Of a stretch of 64,000 nt of DNA, positions 1 to 11,131 are shown one piece after another; position 1 is the first letter of the stretch; the number at the start of each line of letters is the position of its first letter. The stretch comes from an uncultured Actinomycetes bacterium. Lineage in GTDB: Bacteria; Actinomycetota; Thermoleophilia; UBA2241. The notes beneath the pieces are model-generated. The model was not told the DNA's origin, searched no databases, and saw only the letters and a list, made by a program, of their open reading frames with translations. The translations under genes and the position numbers were made by a program. The stretch covers positions 44,618 to 108,617 of the forward strand of contig CAVWDG010000010.1 of assembly GCA_963753695.1 (NCBI GenBank), in the 5' to 3' direction.

Positions 1-296
1 ACCGCCAGATCGAGGCCGCCCGTATCGCCATGACGCGCTACATCAAGCGCGGCGGCAAAGTCTGGATCAACATCTTTCCGCAGAAGCCGGTCACCAAGAA
101 GGCGGCCGAGACCCGCATGGGCGGCGGCAAGGGCTCACCCGAAACGTGGGTCTGCGTCATCAAGCCGGGCAAGGTCATGTTCGAGCTCGCCGGAGTGAGC
201 GAGCCGGTAGCGCGCGAGGCCATGAGACTGGCCACGCACAAGCTGCCGATCAAGTGCAAGTTCGTGACACGGGAGGCGGACCTCTTTGAAGGCTAG
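1..296 (+). CDS. rplP: 50S ribosomal protein L16, C-terminal part (gene starts upstream of window)
   Basis: ORF 30..296 translation [20 protein letters not shown]...KLPIKCKFV is the canonical L16 C-terminus; the frame is open to the window edge. Confidence 0.9.
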   Translation, partial: RQIEAARIAMTRYIKRGGKVWINIFPQKPVTKKAAETRMGGGKGSPETWVCVIKPGKVMFELAGVSEPVAREAMRLATHKLPIKCKFVTREADLFEG

Positions 297-498
297 ACAG
301 GTTCGAGAACTCTCCGACGAGGAGCTCGAGGTGCGCATCCGCGACACCCGCAAAGAGCTCTTCAACCTGCGGTTCCAGCACGCGACCGGCCAGCTCGACA
401 ACCCGCACAAGTTGACTATCGCGCGGCGCGAGATCGCCCGTCTGCTGACGGTGCACATCGAGCGCGAGCACGCACACGTAGGCGGAGGTGAGGGCTGA
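286..498 (+). CDS. rpmC: 50S ribosomal protein L29
   Basis: 70 aa, [30 protein letters not shown] matches L29; TTG start overlaps the rplP end. Confidence 0.9.
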   Translation: MKARQVRELSDEELEVRIRDTRKELFNLRFQHATGQLDNPHKLTIARREIARLLTVHIEREHAHVGGGEG

Positions 499-941
499 TG
501 CCGGCCCGCAAGTCAGATTCGGCCGGCGTGCCGGCCAAGAAGGCCTCGGCGGCTCGTAAGCCGGCGGCCAAGAAGGCGGCCGGCAAGTCGTCGGCCAAGT
601 CCGCGGCTGCTCGCAAGGCAGCCGCGAGCAAGACGGCGGCTCCGGTCGTCGTCAAGAAGCCGGTCAAGCCCGCACGGCCAGCGCCGGAGCGGGTGCCCGG
701 ACGCAAGGAGCGCCGCGGCGTCGTCGTGAGCTCCGCGATGGACAAGACCATCGTGGTGCGCATCGACGCGGTGCGTTCGCACGAGAAGTACGGCAAGGTC
801 GTGCGTCGCACCAGCAAGCTGCACGCCCACGACGAGCACAACGTGGCCAACATCGGCGACGTCGTGCGTATCGTCGAGACTCGTCCGCTGAGCGCCACCA
901 AGAACTGGCGGCTGCTCGAAGTGCTCGCCAAGGCAAAGTAA
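498..941 (+). CDS. rpsQ: 30S ribosomal protein S17 with Lys/Ala-rich N-terminal extension
   Basis: C-terminal 80 aa ([33 protein letters not shown]...) is S17; N-terminal ~65 aa is an AKKA-rich tail typical of actinobacterial S17. Confidence 0.9.
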   Translation: MPARKSDSAGVPAKKASAARKPAAKKAAGKSSAKSAAARKAAASKTAAPVVVKKPVKPARPAPERVPGRKERRGVVVSSAMDKTIVVRIDAVRSHEKYGKVVRRTSKLHAHDEHNVANIGDVVRIVETRPLSATKNWRLLEVLAKAK

Positions 942-959
942 GAGGCGGAGAACCAAAAG

Positions 960-1328
960 ATGATCCAGACCGAGTCGAGACTGAGAGTGGCCGACAACAC
1001 CGGCGCCCGCGAGATCCTGTGCATCAGGGTGCGGGGCGGTTCGCGGCGGCGGTACGCCCGTGTGGGCGATGTCATCGTGGCCACGGTCAAGTCGGCGACA
1101 CCTGGAGGCAGCGTCAAAAAGGGCGATGTCGTCACCGCCGTCGTGGTCCGCACCAAGAAAGAGTTCGGACGCAAAGACGGTACGTACATCGCCTTCGACG
1201 AAAACGCCGCCGTGCTGATCGACAACCAGAACAACCCGCGCGGCACGCGCATTTTCGGGCCAGTCGCGCGCGAGCTGCGCGAGCGGAATTTCATGAAGAT
1301 CGTCTCTCTGGCCCCGGAAGTCCTGTAG
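960..1328 (+). CDS. rplN: 50S ribosomal protein L14
   Basis: [24 protein letters not shown]... is canonical L14. Confidence 0.95.
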   Translation: MIQTESRLRVADNTGAREILCIRVRGGSRRRYARVGDVIVATVKSATPGGSVKKGDVVTAVVVRTKKEFGRKDGTYIAFDENAAVLIDNQNNPRGTRIFGPVARELRERNFMKIVSLAPEVL

Positions 1329-1358
1329 GGCCTGGGTGAGGGAGCTGAGGTCAAGCAT

Positions 1359-1694
1359 ATGTCGGTAATGAAGATCCATAAGGGCGACCAGGTCATGGTC
1401 ATCAGCGGCAAAGAGTCGGGCAAGAGCGGCAAGGTGCTGCGCGTCGACAAAGAGAAGCGCCGCGTGGTCATCGAACGGCTGAACATCGCCAAAAAGCACA
1501 CGCGCCCGAACCCCAAGAAGAACCCGCAGGGCGGCGTGGTCGAGCAAGAGGCAGCCATCGACGCCTCCAACGTCATGCTCGTCTGCCCGGCTTGCAGCGA
1601 GTCGACCAGGGTCGGCTATCGCTTCACCGACGACGGCACCAAGGTGCGCGTCTGCCGGCGGGCGGGCTGCGGCAAAGACATCGACAGGGCATAG
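1359..1694 (+). CDS. rplX: 50S ribosomal protein L24 (Cys4 zinc-ribbon C-terminal variant)
   Basis: KOW-domain N-terminus ([22 protein letters not shown]) plus C-terminal CPAC...CRRAGC motif, as in Thermus-type L24. Confidence 0.9.
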   Translation: MSVMKIHKGDQVMVISGKESGKSGKVLRVDKEKRRVVIERLNIAKKHTRPNPKKNPQGGVVEQEAAIDASNVMLVCPACSESTRVGYRFTDDGTKVRVCRRAGCGKDIDRA

Positions 1695-1696
1695 GC

Positions 1697-2245
1697 ATGT
1701 CACGACTTAAAGAGAGATACGCAGCCGAGATCGTGCCGGCGCTCCGCGAGCGCTTCGGGTACGACAACATCATGCAGGTCCCGCGCGTCACCAAGGTCAC
1801 CCTCAACATGGGTGTCGGCGAGGCCAAGACCAACGCCAAGTTGCTCGACGACGCCGTCGTGGAGATGACCCAGATCAGCGGGCAGCACCCGGTGATCACC
1901 AAGGCCCGCAAGTCGATCGCCAGTTTCAAGCTGCGCGAAGGCATGGCGATCGGCTGCAAGGTCACCTTGCGCGGCGAGCGTATGTACGAGATGATCGACC
2001 GCCTCGTCTCCGTGGCGCTGCCCCGCATCCGCGACTTTCGCGGCATCGCGCCCGACCAGTTCGACGGCCGCGGCAACTTCTCCATGGGCATCCGTGAGCA
2101 GACGATCTTTCCCGAGATCGACTACGACTCGGTCACCCAGATGCGCGGCATGAACATCACGATCACCACTACGGCGGCCACAGACGAAGAAGGTCGCGCC
2201 CTGCTCATGTTGCTGGGCATGCCCCTTCGAGTAGAAGAAAGCTAG
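1697..2245 (+). CDS. rplE: 50S ribosomal protein L5
   Basis: The real start is the internal ATG of ORF 1592..2245 ([16 protein letters not shown]...); L5 signature throughout. Confidence 0.9.
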   Translation: MSRLKERYAAEIVPALRERFGYDNIMQVPRVTKVTLNMGVGEAKTNAKLLDDAVVEMTQISGQHPVITKARKSIASFKLREGMAIGCKVTLRGERMYEMIDRLVSVALPRIRDFRGIAPDQFDGRGNFSMGIREQTIFPEIDYDSVTQMRGMNITITTTAATDEEGRALLMLLGMPLRVEES

Positions 2246-2255
2246 GAGTTAGCAC

Positions 2256-2441
2256 ATGGCCAAGACATCTCTGGTTGTGAAGGCCGCCCGCAAGCAGCGG
2301 TACAGCACCCGCGAATACCACCGGTGCATGCGCTGCGGACGTGCGCGCGGTTACTTCCGTCAGTTCGGCCTGTGTCGCATCTGCCTGCGCGAGCTCGCTC
2401 ACGAGGGCGTCATTCCGGGCATGACCAAGTCGAGCTGGTAA
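2256..2441 (+). CDS. rpsN: 30S ribosomal protein S14 type Z (zinc-binding, 61 aa)
   Basis: [48 protein letters not shown], a short CxxC...CxxC S14. Confidence 0.9.
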   Translation: MAKTSLVVKAARKQRYSTREYHRCMRCGRARGYFRQFGLCRICLRELAHEGVIPGMTKSSW

Positions 2442-2456
2442 GGGGGGCGACGAGAA

Positions 2457-2855
2457 ATGTCAATGACTGATCCCATCGCCGATATGCTGACCCGCATCCG
2501 CAATGCGAACCAGGCAAATCACGCCGAGGTCGAGATCCCCGCTTCGCACATGAAGGCGGGTATCGCCAAGCTGTTGCTCGAGCAGGGCTACATCACCGGT
2601 ATCGAAAACCGGCGCGGAGAACACGGCGAACTGCTCGTCATCGGCCTCAAGTACGGCAAGAACCGCGAACGCGTGATCTCCGGCATCAAGCGAGTCTCCA
2701 AGCCGGGTCGCCGCATCTACGCGCGCAAGGATCGTCTGCCGAAGGTCCTGGGTGGCCTCGGTGTCGCGGTCATCTCAACGTCACGTGGTCTCGTGACCAG
2801 CTCAGAGGCACAGCGCCTTGGGCTGGGCGGCGAGGTCATCTGCTTCGTCTGGTAG
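2457..2855 (+). CDS. rpsH: 30S ribosomal protein S8
   Basis: [17 protein letters not shown]... is canonical S8. Confidence 0.95.
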   Translation: MSMTDPIADMLTRIRNANQANHAEVEIPASHMKAGIAKLLLEQGYITGIENRRGEHGELLVIGLKYGKNRERVISGIKRVSKPGRRIYARKDRLPKVLGGLGVAVISTSRGLVTSSEAQRLGLGGEVICFVW

Positions 2856-2865
2856 GGAAAGACCC

Positions 2866-3398
2866 ATGTCACGTATCGGAAGAGCTCCCATATCCGTGCC
2901 GGCCGGCGTCGAGTTCGCCAACGTGCACGGCGTAGTGACCGTCAAGGGCCCCAAGGGCGAACTGACGCAGCGCCTGCCGCGCGAGATGATCATCACGCTC
3001 GACGACGGCACGATCACCGTCGCGCGGCCCACCGACAGCGCCCCTCACCGGTCGCTGCACGGCCTTACGCGCACGCTCATCGCCAACATGGTGCAGGGCG
3101 TCACCGACGGCTTCGAGAAGCGTCTCGAGATCGTCGGCGTCGGCTATCGCGCCAGCATGAAGGGCGCCGACCTCGAGCTGCTGGTGGGCTTCAGCCACCC
3201 GGCCCTCGTCGTCCCGCCCGCGGGCATCGAGTTTCAGACGCCGTCGCCCCAGGTCGTCCTGGTGCGCGGCATCGACAAGCAGGCCGTCGGCGAGGTCGCG
3301 GCGCAGATCGGCACCTGCGTCCTCCCGAGCCGTACAAGGGCAAGGGCATCCGTTATGCGGGCGAGTACGTCGCGCGCAAGGTCGGCAAGCGCGCCTAG
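2866..3398 (+). pseudogene. rplF: 50S ribosomal protein L6, one single-base frameshift near 3310 (likely sequence error)
   Basis: The L6 body (MSRIGRAPISVPAGVEF...) is intact to ...AAQIG. The canonical C-terminus RPPEPYKGKGIRYAGEYVARKVGK continues in the -1 frame and reaches a stop near 3398. Confidence 0.8.
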
Positions 3399-3426
3399 GC
3401 GTGACGAGACCAGAAGGAACTGACGC

Positions 3427-3780
3427 ATGACTACCAAGACTACCGTCGAGGCTCGCGCCAAGCGGCGCCGCCGGATCCGCGCCAAGGTCGTTGGCAGCGC
3501 GGCGCGCCCGCGTGTCTCGGTCTTTCGTTCGAACCGGGCGATCTACGCCCAGCTCATCGACGACGCCAGCGGCACCACCCTTGCGGCGGCGCGCTCGAGC
3601 GAGATCGACGGTGACGGACTCGACAAGTCCGGCGTGGCCAAGAAGGTCGGCATGCTGCTGGCCGAGCGGGCGCGCGCCGGCAATATCGACTCGGTCGTGT
3701 TCGACCGGTCAGGTTACCTGTACCATGGGCGCGTCAAGGCGCTCGCCGAGGGCGCCCGCGAGGGCGGGCTCGTTTTCTAG
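3427..3780 (+). CDS. rplR: 50S ribosomal protein L18
   Basis: [21 protein letters not shown]...[20 protein letters not shown] is L18. Confidence 0.9.
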   Translation: MTTKTTVEARAKRRRRIRAKVVGSAARPRVSVFRSNRAIYAQLIDDASGTTLAAARSSEIDGDGLDKSGVAKKVGMLLAERARAGNIDSVVFDRSGYLYHGRVKALAEGAREGGLVF

Positions 3781-3801
3781 CGAGAAAGTGAAGGAAGCTC
3801 T

Positions 3802-4368
3802 GTGGCCAGAACACCTGCTGATGGAGTAGAGCTCAAGGAACGCGTAGTCGACATCAACCGCGTCGCGAAAGTCGTGAAGGGCGGTCGTCGCTTCTCGTTC
3901 ACCGCTCTCGTGGTCGTTGGCGACGAGAACGGCAACGTGGGCGCAGGCTACGGCAAAGCACGCGAGGTCCCGCTGGCCATCCAGAAGGCGATCCTCGACG
4001 CCAAGAAGAACATGTTCAAGGTGCCGCGCTACCGCACGACGATCCCTCACGAGATCCTCGGCGTGTACGGCGCCGGCCGTGTGCTGCTCAAGCCCGCCTC
4101 CGAAGGCACGGGTGTCATCGCGGCGGCCGGCGTGCGCGCCGTGCTCGAGCTGGCCGGCGTCCACGACATCCTTACCAAATGTCTGGGCACCACCAACCCG
4201 ATCAACATGGTGCGCGCCACGGTGACCGGCCTGCAGGGTCTCAAGACCCCGGCCGACGTCGCCCGCCTGCGCGGCCTGACGACAGCCCAGGTCCTCGGCC
4301 TGCCGCCTCGCGGCGCGGCCGTCGACTCACAGAAGGCCGACGACACTCCGGCCGCCGAAAAGGCGTGA
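3802..4368 (+). CDS. rpsE: 30S ribosomal protein S5
   Basis: GTG start after GAAGGAAG; [13 protein letters not shown]...[30 protein letters not shown] is S5; short C-terminal extension. Confidence 0.9.
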   Translation: MARTPADGVELKERVVDINRVAKVVKGGRRFSFTALVVVGDENGNVGAGYGKAREVPLAIQKAILDAKKNMFKVPRYRTTIPHEILGVYGAGRVLLKPASEGTGVIAAAGVRAVLELAGVHDILTKCLGTTNPINMVRATVTGLQGLKTPADVARLRGLTTAQVLGLPPRGAAVDSQKADDTPAAEKA

Positions 4369-4370
4369 CC

Positions 4371-4562
4371 ATGGCCGACCTCGAGATCACCCAGATAAAG
4401 AGCGGCATCGGTACGCCGCCCGACCACCGCGGCACGTTGCGGGCGCTCGGTATCAAGCGCATGCACCACACCGTGGTCCAAGAAGACAACCCCGTCATCC
4501 GGGGCATGATCCGCAAAGTGGCGTACCTCGTCGAGGTACGGCCCGCCACGAAGAAATCGTGA
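4371..4562 (+). CDS. rpmD: 50S ribosomal protein L30
   Basis: The internal ATG of ORF 4179..4562 gives MADLEITQIKSGIGTPPDHRGTLRALGIKRMHHTVV, a 63-aa L30. Confidence 0.85.
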   Translation: MADLEITQIKSGIGTPPDHRGTLRALGIKRMHHTVVQEDNPVIRGMIRKVAYLVEVRPATKKS

Positions 4563-4569
4563 GTACAGC

Positions 4570-5046
4570 ATGAGCGATCTTGGTCTCAACGACCTCAGGC
4601 CCAACCCGGGCTCCACAAAGAACACCAAGCGCCTCGGGCGCGGCAAGGGCAGCGGCCAGGGCAAGACTGCCGGCCGCGGCCACAAGGGCTTCAACGCCCG
4701 CGCCGGCGGCGGTGTGCGTCCCGGTTACGAAGGCGGCCAGATGCCGCTGTACATGAGGCTCGGCAAGCTGCGTGGGCCCAACGCCAAGAAGAGCATGCCC
4801 ATCGGGCCGTTCCGCACGTACTGGGTGCCGGTCAACGTAGGCACGCTCGCCAAGGCGTTCGAGGCCGGGGCCGAAGTCACCCCCGAGGCCCTCGTCGCCA
4901 AGCGCATCGTCAAGAACACCCGCACGCCCATCAAGATCCTGGGCAACGGCGAGATCACGATCGCGCTCACTGTGCGCGTCGAGGGGTTCTCTCAAAAGGC
5001 GGCCGAGAAGATCGTGGCGGCCGGCGGTAGCATCGAGCTGCTCTAA
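4570..5046 (+). CDS. rplO: 50S ribosomal protein L15
   Basis: MSDLGLNDLRPNPGSTKNTKRLGRGKGSGQGKTAGRGHKG is L15. Confidence 0.9.
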   Translation: MSDLGLNDLRPNPGSTKNTKRLGRGKGSGQGKTAGRGHKGFNARAGGGVRPGYEGGQMPLYMRLGKLRGPNAKKSMPIGPFRTYWVPVNVGTLAKAFEAGAEVTPEALVAKRIVKNTRTPIKILGNGEITIALTVRVEGFSQKAAEKIVAAGGSIELL

Positions 5047-5075
5047 CCTGAGCTGCGAACAAGGCGGGGCGCGGC

Positions 5076-6341
5076 ATGAATAACAAGCTCTGGCAGTCGC
5101 TGGCGAACTCCTGGAAGATCCCGGAGCTCCGCAAAAAGCTGCTGTTCACGGCGGCGATGATCGCCATCTATCGTTTCGGGTCGCACGTGCCGGTGCCGGG
5201 CGTGAATATCCAGGCCCTCACCAACTTCTTCAACAGCGGCGCGAGCGGCGTGGTCGGGTTCCTGAACCTGTTCTCGGGCGGCGCGCTGGGGCGCGTGGCC
5301 GTGTTCGCGCTGGGCATCATGCCGTACATCACGGCGTCGATCATCATGCAGCTCCTCACGGTCGTCATCCCCAAGCTCGAAGAGCTGCAAAAAGAGGGCG
5401 AGCAGGGCCAGAAGATCATCACGCAGTACAGCCGCTACCTCACCGTCGGGTTGGCCGCGGTGCAGTCTATCGGCTATATCTTCCTGTTTCGCACCTACCA
5501 CGCGCTGCCCAACCTGACCATCACCAGGTTCGCCCTGATCATGTTCACCCTCACCGCGGGCGCCACGGTCGTCATGTGGATCGGCGAGCTCATCACGGCG
5601 CGGGGCATCGGCAACGGCATGTCGATCCTCATCTTCATCAGCATCATCTCGCGCCTGCCGGGCGGCATCCAGAAGTTCTTCCAGGGCTCGATGGGCCTGC
5701 CGTCGCAGATCGGCTTCGTCATCATCGCCCTGGCCGTGGTCGTGGGCGTCATCTGGATCACGAGCGGCGAGCGTCGCATTCCCGTGCAGTACGCCAAACG
5801 CATCGTGGGCCGCCGCATGATGGGCGGCACGAGCACGTTCATCCCGCTCAAGGTGAACATGGCGGGCGTGATCCCCATCATCTTCGCCTCGTCGGTCATG
5901 CTGATCCCGCCGACGATCGCGCAGTTCCTGCCGGGCGGCCAGACGAGCTGGTTCTCGCGCGCCTTCGGGCCGAGCTCGATCCCCTACATCATCGGCGAAG
6001 CCCTGCTCATCATCCTGTTCACCTACTTCTACACAGCGGTCACGTTCAACCCGATCGACCAGGCCGACAACCTCAAGAAGTACGGCGGCTTCGTGCCCGG
6101 CGTGCGCCCGGGGCGGCCCACGGCCGAGTTCCTCGACCGCATCCTCACCAGGCTCACGCTGCCGGGGGCGCTGTTCCTGGCGTCCCTTGCCGTGCTGCCC
6201 TGGATCCTCTATCGTTTCTTACAGGTGCCCTTCAACTTCGGCGGCACCTCCGTTCTGATCGTCGTCGGCGTTGCGCTCGACACCATGCGCCAGATGGAGG
6301 CACAGCTGCTCATGCGGCACTACGAGGGTTTCCTAAAGTAG
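5076..6341 (+). CDS. secY: preprotein translocase subunit SecY
   Basis: 421 aa, 10-TM profile; ELRKKLLFTAAMIAIYRFGSHVPVPGV is the SecY signature. Confidence 0.95.
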   Translation: MNNKLWQSLANSWKIPELRKKLLFTAAMIAIYRFGSHVPVPGVNIQALTNFFNSGASGVVGFLNLFSGGALGRVAVFALGIMPYITASIIMQLLTVVIPKLEELQKEGEQGQKIITQYSRYLTVGLAAVQSIGYIFLFRTYHALPNLTITRFALIMFTLTAGATVVMWIGELITARGIGNGMSILIFISIISRLPGGIQKFFQGSMGLPSQIGFVIIALAVVVGVIWITSGERRIPVQYAKRIVGRRMMGGTSTFIPLKVNMAGVIPIIFASSVMLIPPTIAQFLPGGQTSWFSRAFGPSSIPYIIGEALLIILFTYFYTAVTFNPIDQADNLKKYGGFVPGVRPGRPTAEFLDRILTRLTLPGALFLASLAVLPWILYRFLQVPFNFGGTSVLIVVGVALDTMRQMEAQLLMRHYEGFLK

Positions 6342-7034
6342 ATGGCCTCCCGCCCACTCGACATCGTGCTGCTGGGAGCGCCGGGGTCGGGTAAGGGCAC
6401 GCAGTCGGCGCGCATCGCGCCGGCGTTCTGCCTGACCCATATCTCCACCGGTGAGATCCTGCGCGCCGCCGTCAAAGCCGGCAGCGCGCTGGGCGTCGCC
6501 GCCAGCGCGTCCATGAAGACCGGAGAGCTCGCGCCCGACGCCATCGTGATCGGCATCATCCGTGAGCGCCTTTCCGAGCCCGACACCGCGGCGGGCTTCA
6601 TGCTCGACGGCTTTCCGCGCACGCTCGATCAGGCCGTGGCGCTCGACGACATGCTCGCCGACGCCGACCGTCAGCTCACGCTGGTGCTGCTCATCGACGT
6701 GCCCGAGCGCGAGCTCGTTCAGCGGCTGGCCGACCGCCGCACCTGCTCGGTGTGCAAGCGCGGCTACAACCTGGTCTTCGAGCCGCCCAAAAACCCCGAC
6801 GTATGCGACGCCTGCGGGGGCGAGCTCTACCAGCGCGACGACGACAACGAAGAGATCGTGCGGCACAGGCTGCAGGTCTACGTGCGCCAGACGGCGCCGC
6901 TGACCGGCTACTACCGCGACAAAGGCATTCTGGCGACCGTCTACGGCGGGGGACGCAACCCCGACCAGGTCTACGCCGACATCGAACACGTGCTGACCGC
7001 GGCTCAGCGGCAGGGGGCGACTCAACCGGCATGA
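6342..7034 (+). CDS. adk: adenylate kinase (zinc-lid form)
   Basis: P-loop GAPGSGKGTQ; lid CSVC...CDAC. Confidence 0.9.
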   Translation: MASRPLDIVLLGAPGSGKGTQSARIAPAFCLTHISTGEILRAAVKAGSALGVAASASMKTGELAPDAIVIGIIRERLSEPDTAAGFMLDGFPRTLDQAVALDDMLADADRQLTLVLLIDVPERELVQRLADRRTCSVCKRGYNLVFEPPKNPDVCDACGGELYQRDDDNEEIVRHRLQVYVRQTAPLTGYYRDKGILATVYGGGRNPDQVYADIEHVLTAAQRQGATQPA

Positions 7035-7819
7035 TCGTGCGCAAGTCACAGTCCGAGATACGCCGCATCGCCGCGGCGGGCGCCATCCTGGCCGACTGCC
7101 TCGACATGCTGATCGGCGCGGTCAAGCCGGGCGTCAGCACCCTCCAGCTCGACGGCATGGCCGAAGAGTTCATCCGCGCCCGCGGCGGCACGCCGACCTT
7201 CCTCGGCTACCGCGGTTTTCCCAAGTCTATCTGCGCCTCGCCCAACGACATGGTGGTGCACGGCATCCCCGGCGCCTACGAGGTCGCCGAGGGCGATGTT
7301 CTGTCGCTCGACGTGGGCGTCACCCTGCAGGGCTACGTCGCCGACTCCGCGACCACGGTGGCCGTGGGCGACGTCGGTCCCGAAGCCCTGCGCCTGCTCG
7401 ACGTCACGCGCCATTCGCTCGAGGCGGGCATCAACGCCTGCAAGGTGGGCAACCGCCTGGGCGACATCTCGCACGCCGTGCAGGAGGTCGTCGAAGCGGC
7501 CGGCTTCGGCGTCGTGCGTTCGCTCGTCGGCCACGGCGTCGGGCGCGAGATGCACGAAGAGCCGCAGATCCCCAACTATGGGCCCGCCGGCAAGGGGCCG
7601 CGCCTCGAAGCCGGCATGGTCTTCGCCATCGAGCCCATGGTCAACGTCCACGACCACGACGTCTACGTCGGGCCCGACCGCTGGAGCATCTTCAGCGCCG
7701 ACGGTTCGCTTTCGGCACACTTCGAGCACACGGTGGCCCTCACGGCCGCCGGTCCACGCGTGCTCACCAGACGGACGAGCGAGGTGATGGGCGGCTCAGG
7801 GAAGGCGGTCACCGCCTGA
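7031..7819 (+). CDS. map: type I methionine aminopeptidase
   Basis: The internal ATG ([17 protein letters not shown]...) overlaps the adk stop (ATGA); pita-bread fold metal ligands present. Confidence 0.9.
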   Translation: MIVRKSQSEIRRIAAAGAILADCLDMLIGAVKPGVSTLQLDGMAEEFIRARGGTPTFLGYRGFPKSICASPNDMVVHGIPGAYEVAEGDVLSLDVGVTLQGYVADSATTVAVGDVGPEALRLLDVTRHSLEAGINACKVGNRLGDISHAVQEVVEAAGFGVVRSLVGHGVGREMHEEPQIPNYGPAGKGPRLEAGMVFAIEPMVNVHDHDVYVGPDRWSIFSADGSLSAHFEHTVALTAAGPRVLTRRTSEVMGGSGKAVTA

Positions 7820-7836
7820 CGGCTCCGCCGACATCC

Positions 7837-7865
7837 TCGACTCGGCAAAAGCGCTGTGGTATCAT
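7837..7865 (+). promoter_or_regulatory. candidate sigma-70 promoter of infA (TCGACT-17-TGgTATCAT)
   Basis: Hexamers with an extended -10 about 30 nt upstream of the infA ATG; found by manual motif inspection only. Confidence 0.35.
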
Positions 7866-7895
7866 GAGCGGCCGCGTTCTCGAACGACAGGGAGT

Positions 7896-8117
7896 ATGGC
7901 AAACAAAGAAGAAGCGATAGAGATCGAAGGCGAGGTAGTAGAAGCCCTGCCGAACACCATGTTCAGGGTGCTCCTCGACAATAAACACGAAGTACTCGCG
8001 CATATTTCGGGCAAGATGCGTATGAACTACATCCGCATCCTGCCCGGCGATCGCGTAAAGGTCGAACTGTCACCGTACGACCTCAAGCGCGGGAGAATCA
8101 CCTACAGGTTCAAGTAG
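7896..8117 (+). CDS. infA: translation initiation factor IF-1
   Basis: [42 protein letters not shown] is canonical IF-1. Confidence 0.95.
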   Translation: MANKEEAIEIEGEVVEALPNTMFRVLLDNKHEVLAHISGKMRMNYIRILPGDRVKVELSPYDLKRGRITYRFK

Positions 8118-8191
8118 GCGCTCGAACCGGTGATCGAGGCAGGCGTGCCCGCCGGTTCTGGGGGCCGCTTGCGCGTTCAAGTGAGGATGGC

Positions 8192-8305
8192 ATGAAGGTC
8201 AGAGCATCAGTAAAGCCGATCTGCGAGAAGTGCAAGGTCATCAGGCGGCATGGTGTCGTTCAGGTGATCTGCACCAACCCGCGTCACCGGCAAAGGCAGG
8301 GGTAA
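8192..8305 (+). CDS. rpmJ: 50S ribosomal protein L36 (C+ form)
   Basis: 37-aa ORF below the track cutoff: [37 protein letters not shown]. Confidence 0.85.
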   Translation: MKVRASVKPICEKCKVIRRHGVVQVICTNPRHRQRQG

Positions 8306-8309
8306 AGGA

Positions 8310-8681
8310 ATGGCACGAATCGCGGGCGTCAACATCCCGCCGCAGAAGCGGGTCGAGATCGGTCTCACCTACATCTACGGCGTGGGCCGGTCGACCTCTA
8401 ACACCATCCTCGCAACCTTAAGCATCGATCCCGATACCAAGGTCCGCGACCTGACAGAAGAAGAAGTAGTGCGTCTGCGCGAAGCCATCGACGGGTCGGT
8501 CACCGTCGAAGGCGACCTTCGTCGCGAGCGTTCGCAGAACATCAAGCGGCTCATGGACATCGGCTGCTACCGCGGCATCCGTCATCGCCGCGGCATGCCG
8601 GTCGACGGTCAGCGCACCAAGACCAACGCCCGCACGCGCAAGGGTCCCAAAAAGACTGTCGGCGCGCGCCGCAAGAAGTAA
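8310..8681 (+). CDS. rpsM: 30S ribosomal protein S13
   Basis: [26 protein letters not shown] is S13. Confidence 0.95.
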   Translation: MARIAGVNIPPQKRVEIGLTYIYGVGRSTSNTILATLSIDPDTKVRDLTEEEVVRLREAIDGSVTVEGDLRRERSQNIKRLMDIGCYRGIRHRRGMPVDGQRTKTNARTRKGPKKTVGARRKK

Positions 8682-8717
8682 CCAAGTCGAGCAGACGACC
8701 CGGAGGTCGAGAGCAGA

Positions 8718-9116
8718 GTGGCAAGACCGCAAAGAGCCAAAGGACGCCAGCGGCGCAAGGTTCGCAAGAACATCGCCATCGGCCAGGCGCATATCAAGAC
8801 GTCGTTCAACAACACCCTGGTGACGCTCACCGACAAAGAGGGCAACGTCATCGCCTGGGAAAGTGCCGGCGCGGTCGGCTTCAAGGGCTCGCGCAAGAGC
8901 ACGCCGTTCGCGGCGCAGGTCACCGCCGAATCCGCGGCCCGCAAGGGCATGGAGCACGGCCTGCAGAAGGTCGAAGTCTTCGTCCGCGGTCCGGGTTCCG
9001 GACGCGAGACGGCTATTCGTTCGCTGCAAGCTGCGGGGCTTGAGATCCTCGGCGTCAAAGACGTGACGCCGGTACCGCACAATGGCTGCCGCCCTCGTAA
9101 GCGGCGCCGGGTCTAG
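8718..9116 (+). CDS. rpsK: 30S ribosomal protein S11
   Basis: [34 protein letters not shown] is S11. Confidence 0.95.
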   Translation: MARPQRAKGRQRRKVRKNIAIGQAHIKTSFNNTLVTLTDKEGNVIAWESAGAVGFKGSRKSTPFAAQVTAESAARKGMEHGLQKVEVFVRGPGSGRETAIRSLQAAGLEILGVKDVTPVPHNGCRPRKRRRV

Positions 9117-9130
9117 CGAGGTGCGCGCCG

Positions 9131-9779
9131 ATGGCTAGAGATCTTTCACCGCAGTGCAAGCAGTGCCGCCGCGAAGGCATGAAGCTCCTGCTCAAGGGTG
9201 AGCGCTGCTTCACCGACAAATGCGCGGTCGAACGCCGCGCGTACCCGCCGGGCGAACACGGGCGCGGGCGCATCAAGCAGTCCGAGTATCTGCTGCAGCT
9301 TCGCGAAAAGCAGAAGGCACGGCGCTTCTACCAGGTCCTCGAAAAGCAGTTCCATCACTACTACGTGGTGGCGAGCGGCCAGCAGGGCATCACCGGCGAG
9401 AACCTTCTTCGACTTCTCGAGATCCGGCTCGACAACGTGGTCTACCGGTTGGGCTTCGGCGCTTCACGCCGCCAGTCTCGCCAGCTTGTCCGTCACGCCC
9501 ATTTCCTGGTGAACGGCAAGAAGGTCGACATCCCGTCGTACCAGGTGCGGCCCGAACGACGTCATTCTCGGTCAAAGCCTCGAGCAAGGCTACCGAGACG
9601 ATCCGCGCGGCGACCGACCTCACGGCTTCGGTGGCCCCGTGGCTGCAGGCCGATCACGACAACCTGACCGGCAAAGTCCTGCGCGTTCCCGAGCGCAGCG
9701 AGATCTCGCGCCGGTGCAGGAGCAGCTCATCGTGGAGCTCTACTCGAAGGTCGACTCATCTCCCGGCTCTCAACCTGAG
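9131..9779 (+). pseudogene. rpsD: 30S ribosomal protein S4, at least two frameshifts (likely sequence error)
   Basis: The N-terminal 140 aa is intact S4. Central ([36 protein letters not shown]) and C-terminal (PVQEQLIVELYSK) pieces lie in two other frames. The stop is only approximate. Confidence 0.8.
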
Positions 9780-9821
9780 CCGACAAGAGAACATTACAGG
9801 AGGCCAGTTGCTACCTTCCAG

Positions 9822-10753
9822 ATGCCCAACATCACCCGCGAGCAGGTGGCGAATAACCGCACACGCTTCGAGGTAGAGCCGCTCGACCGGGGTTTGGGCA
9901 CACCTTCGGCAACGCGCTGCGGCGCGTCCTCCTGTCGTCGCTCGAAGGGGCGGCCGTGAGCTCGGTCAAGATCGAAGGGCGTCTCGCACGAGTTCTCTAC
10001 GCTGCCAGGCTTAAAAGAGGACGTCACCGACGTCATCCTCAACCTCAAGGGGATCATCTGCCGTCTGCACGGTGAGCTCGATGAGGTCCAGGTGCGTCTG
10101 GTCAAAGACAAGCCCGGCAAGGTCGTAGCTGCCGACATCGACATACCGGCAGAGCTCGAGATGCTCAATCCCGACCACCACATCGCCACGCTCTCGGGCG
10201 GCGGCGTCCATCGAGATGATGCTCACCATCCGGCGCGGCACCGGTTACGTCGCGGCCGAGGGCAACAAGGCCCCGGACACGGTCATCGGGGTCATGCCCA
10301 TCGATTCCATCTTCAGCCCCATCAAGCGGGTCTCCTACCACGTTGAGAGCGCCCGTGTGGGCCAACGCACCGACTACGACAAGCTCATCCTCGATGTGCC
10401 ACCAACGGTGCGCATGACCCCCGAAGAGGCGCTCGGGAGCCGGCCGAGACTCCTGGTGGACCGCCTGTCTATCTTCACCGACCCGGACCGTTCCCGGGCG
10501 GCCGACGAGTTCCCCATAGAGGGCGTCTGCGCGGCAGCCCGCGGTGGCATGGACGACGTGCTCATCGAAGAACTCGAGCTGGGCGTGCGCTCGTACAACT
10601 GTCTCAAGCGCGAGGGCATCCAGACCGTGGGCGACCTCGTCACGCAAGACGGAGGCCGAGCTGCTGAACATTCCCAACTTCGGCAAGAAGAGCATCGACG
10701 AAGTCCAGGAGAAGCTCGCCGAGCGCGGGCTCGCATTACGGGGTGACGACTGA
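9822..10753 (+). pseudogene. rpoA: DNA-directed RNA polymerase subunit alpha, four or more frameshifts (likely sequence error)
   Basis: RpoA segments (MPNITREQ...[66 protein letters not shown]...LELGVRSYNCLKREGIQTVGDLV, TEAELLNIPNFGKKSIDEVQEKLAERGL) are spread over all three forward frames. Confidence 0.8.
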
Positions 10754-11101
10754 TGCGCCATCAAGAACTCGGGCCGCAAGTTCAACATGGCCCCTGACCA
10801 GCGCAAGTCGCTGCTGTCCGGGCTGGCGGTAGCCGGTGCTCGAGCACGAGAAGATCAAGTGCAGTGACGCGCGCGCCAAAGAGGTCGCAGTCGCTGGTCG
10901 AGGAGACCATCACTCTCGGCAAGCGCGGCGACCTCCCGCCCGCCGGCAGGCGATCGCCAAGCTGCGCAACAAAGAGATCGTCTACAAGCTGTTCAACGAC
11001 GTCGCTCCGCGCTACGCAGATCGCGCGGCGGCTACACCCGCGTCATCAAGCTTGGCCCGCGCCAGGGCGACGCGCGAGAAGGTGTACTCGAGCTGGTCTA
11101 G
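10753..11101 (+). pseudogene. rplQ: 50S ribosomal protein L17, frameshifted (likely sequence error)
   Basis: L17 motifs ([66 protein letters not shown]) sit in different frames. Confidence 0.7.
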
Positions 11102-11131
11102 CCTGCGAGGCGTGGCACCCCGAGGTGTGCC

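Noticed and set aside
498-700. Lys/Ala-rich N-terminal extension on S17 as a possible histone-like fusion
   Set aside because: Such AK-rich N-terminal tails on S17 are typical of Actinobacteria, so this is not a novel fusion.
416-1703. Two ~390-aa minus-strand ORFs across the ribosomal protein genes
   Set aside because: Antisense to highly conserved rpsQ, rplN and rplX; Arg/Ala/Gly-rich nonsense translation.
8118-8191. Inverted repeat GAACCGG-N21-CCGGTTC between infA and rpmJ as a possible terminator
   Set aside because: No U-tract, and the genes are normally co-transcribed. At most a weak attenuator.
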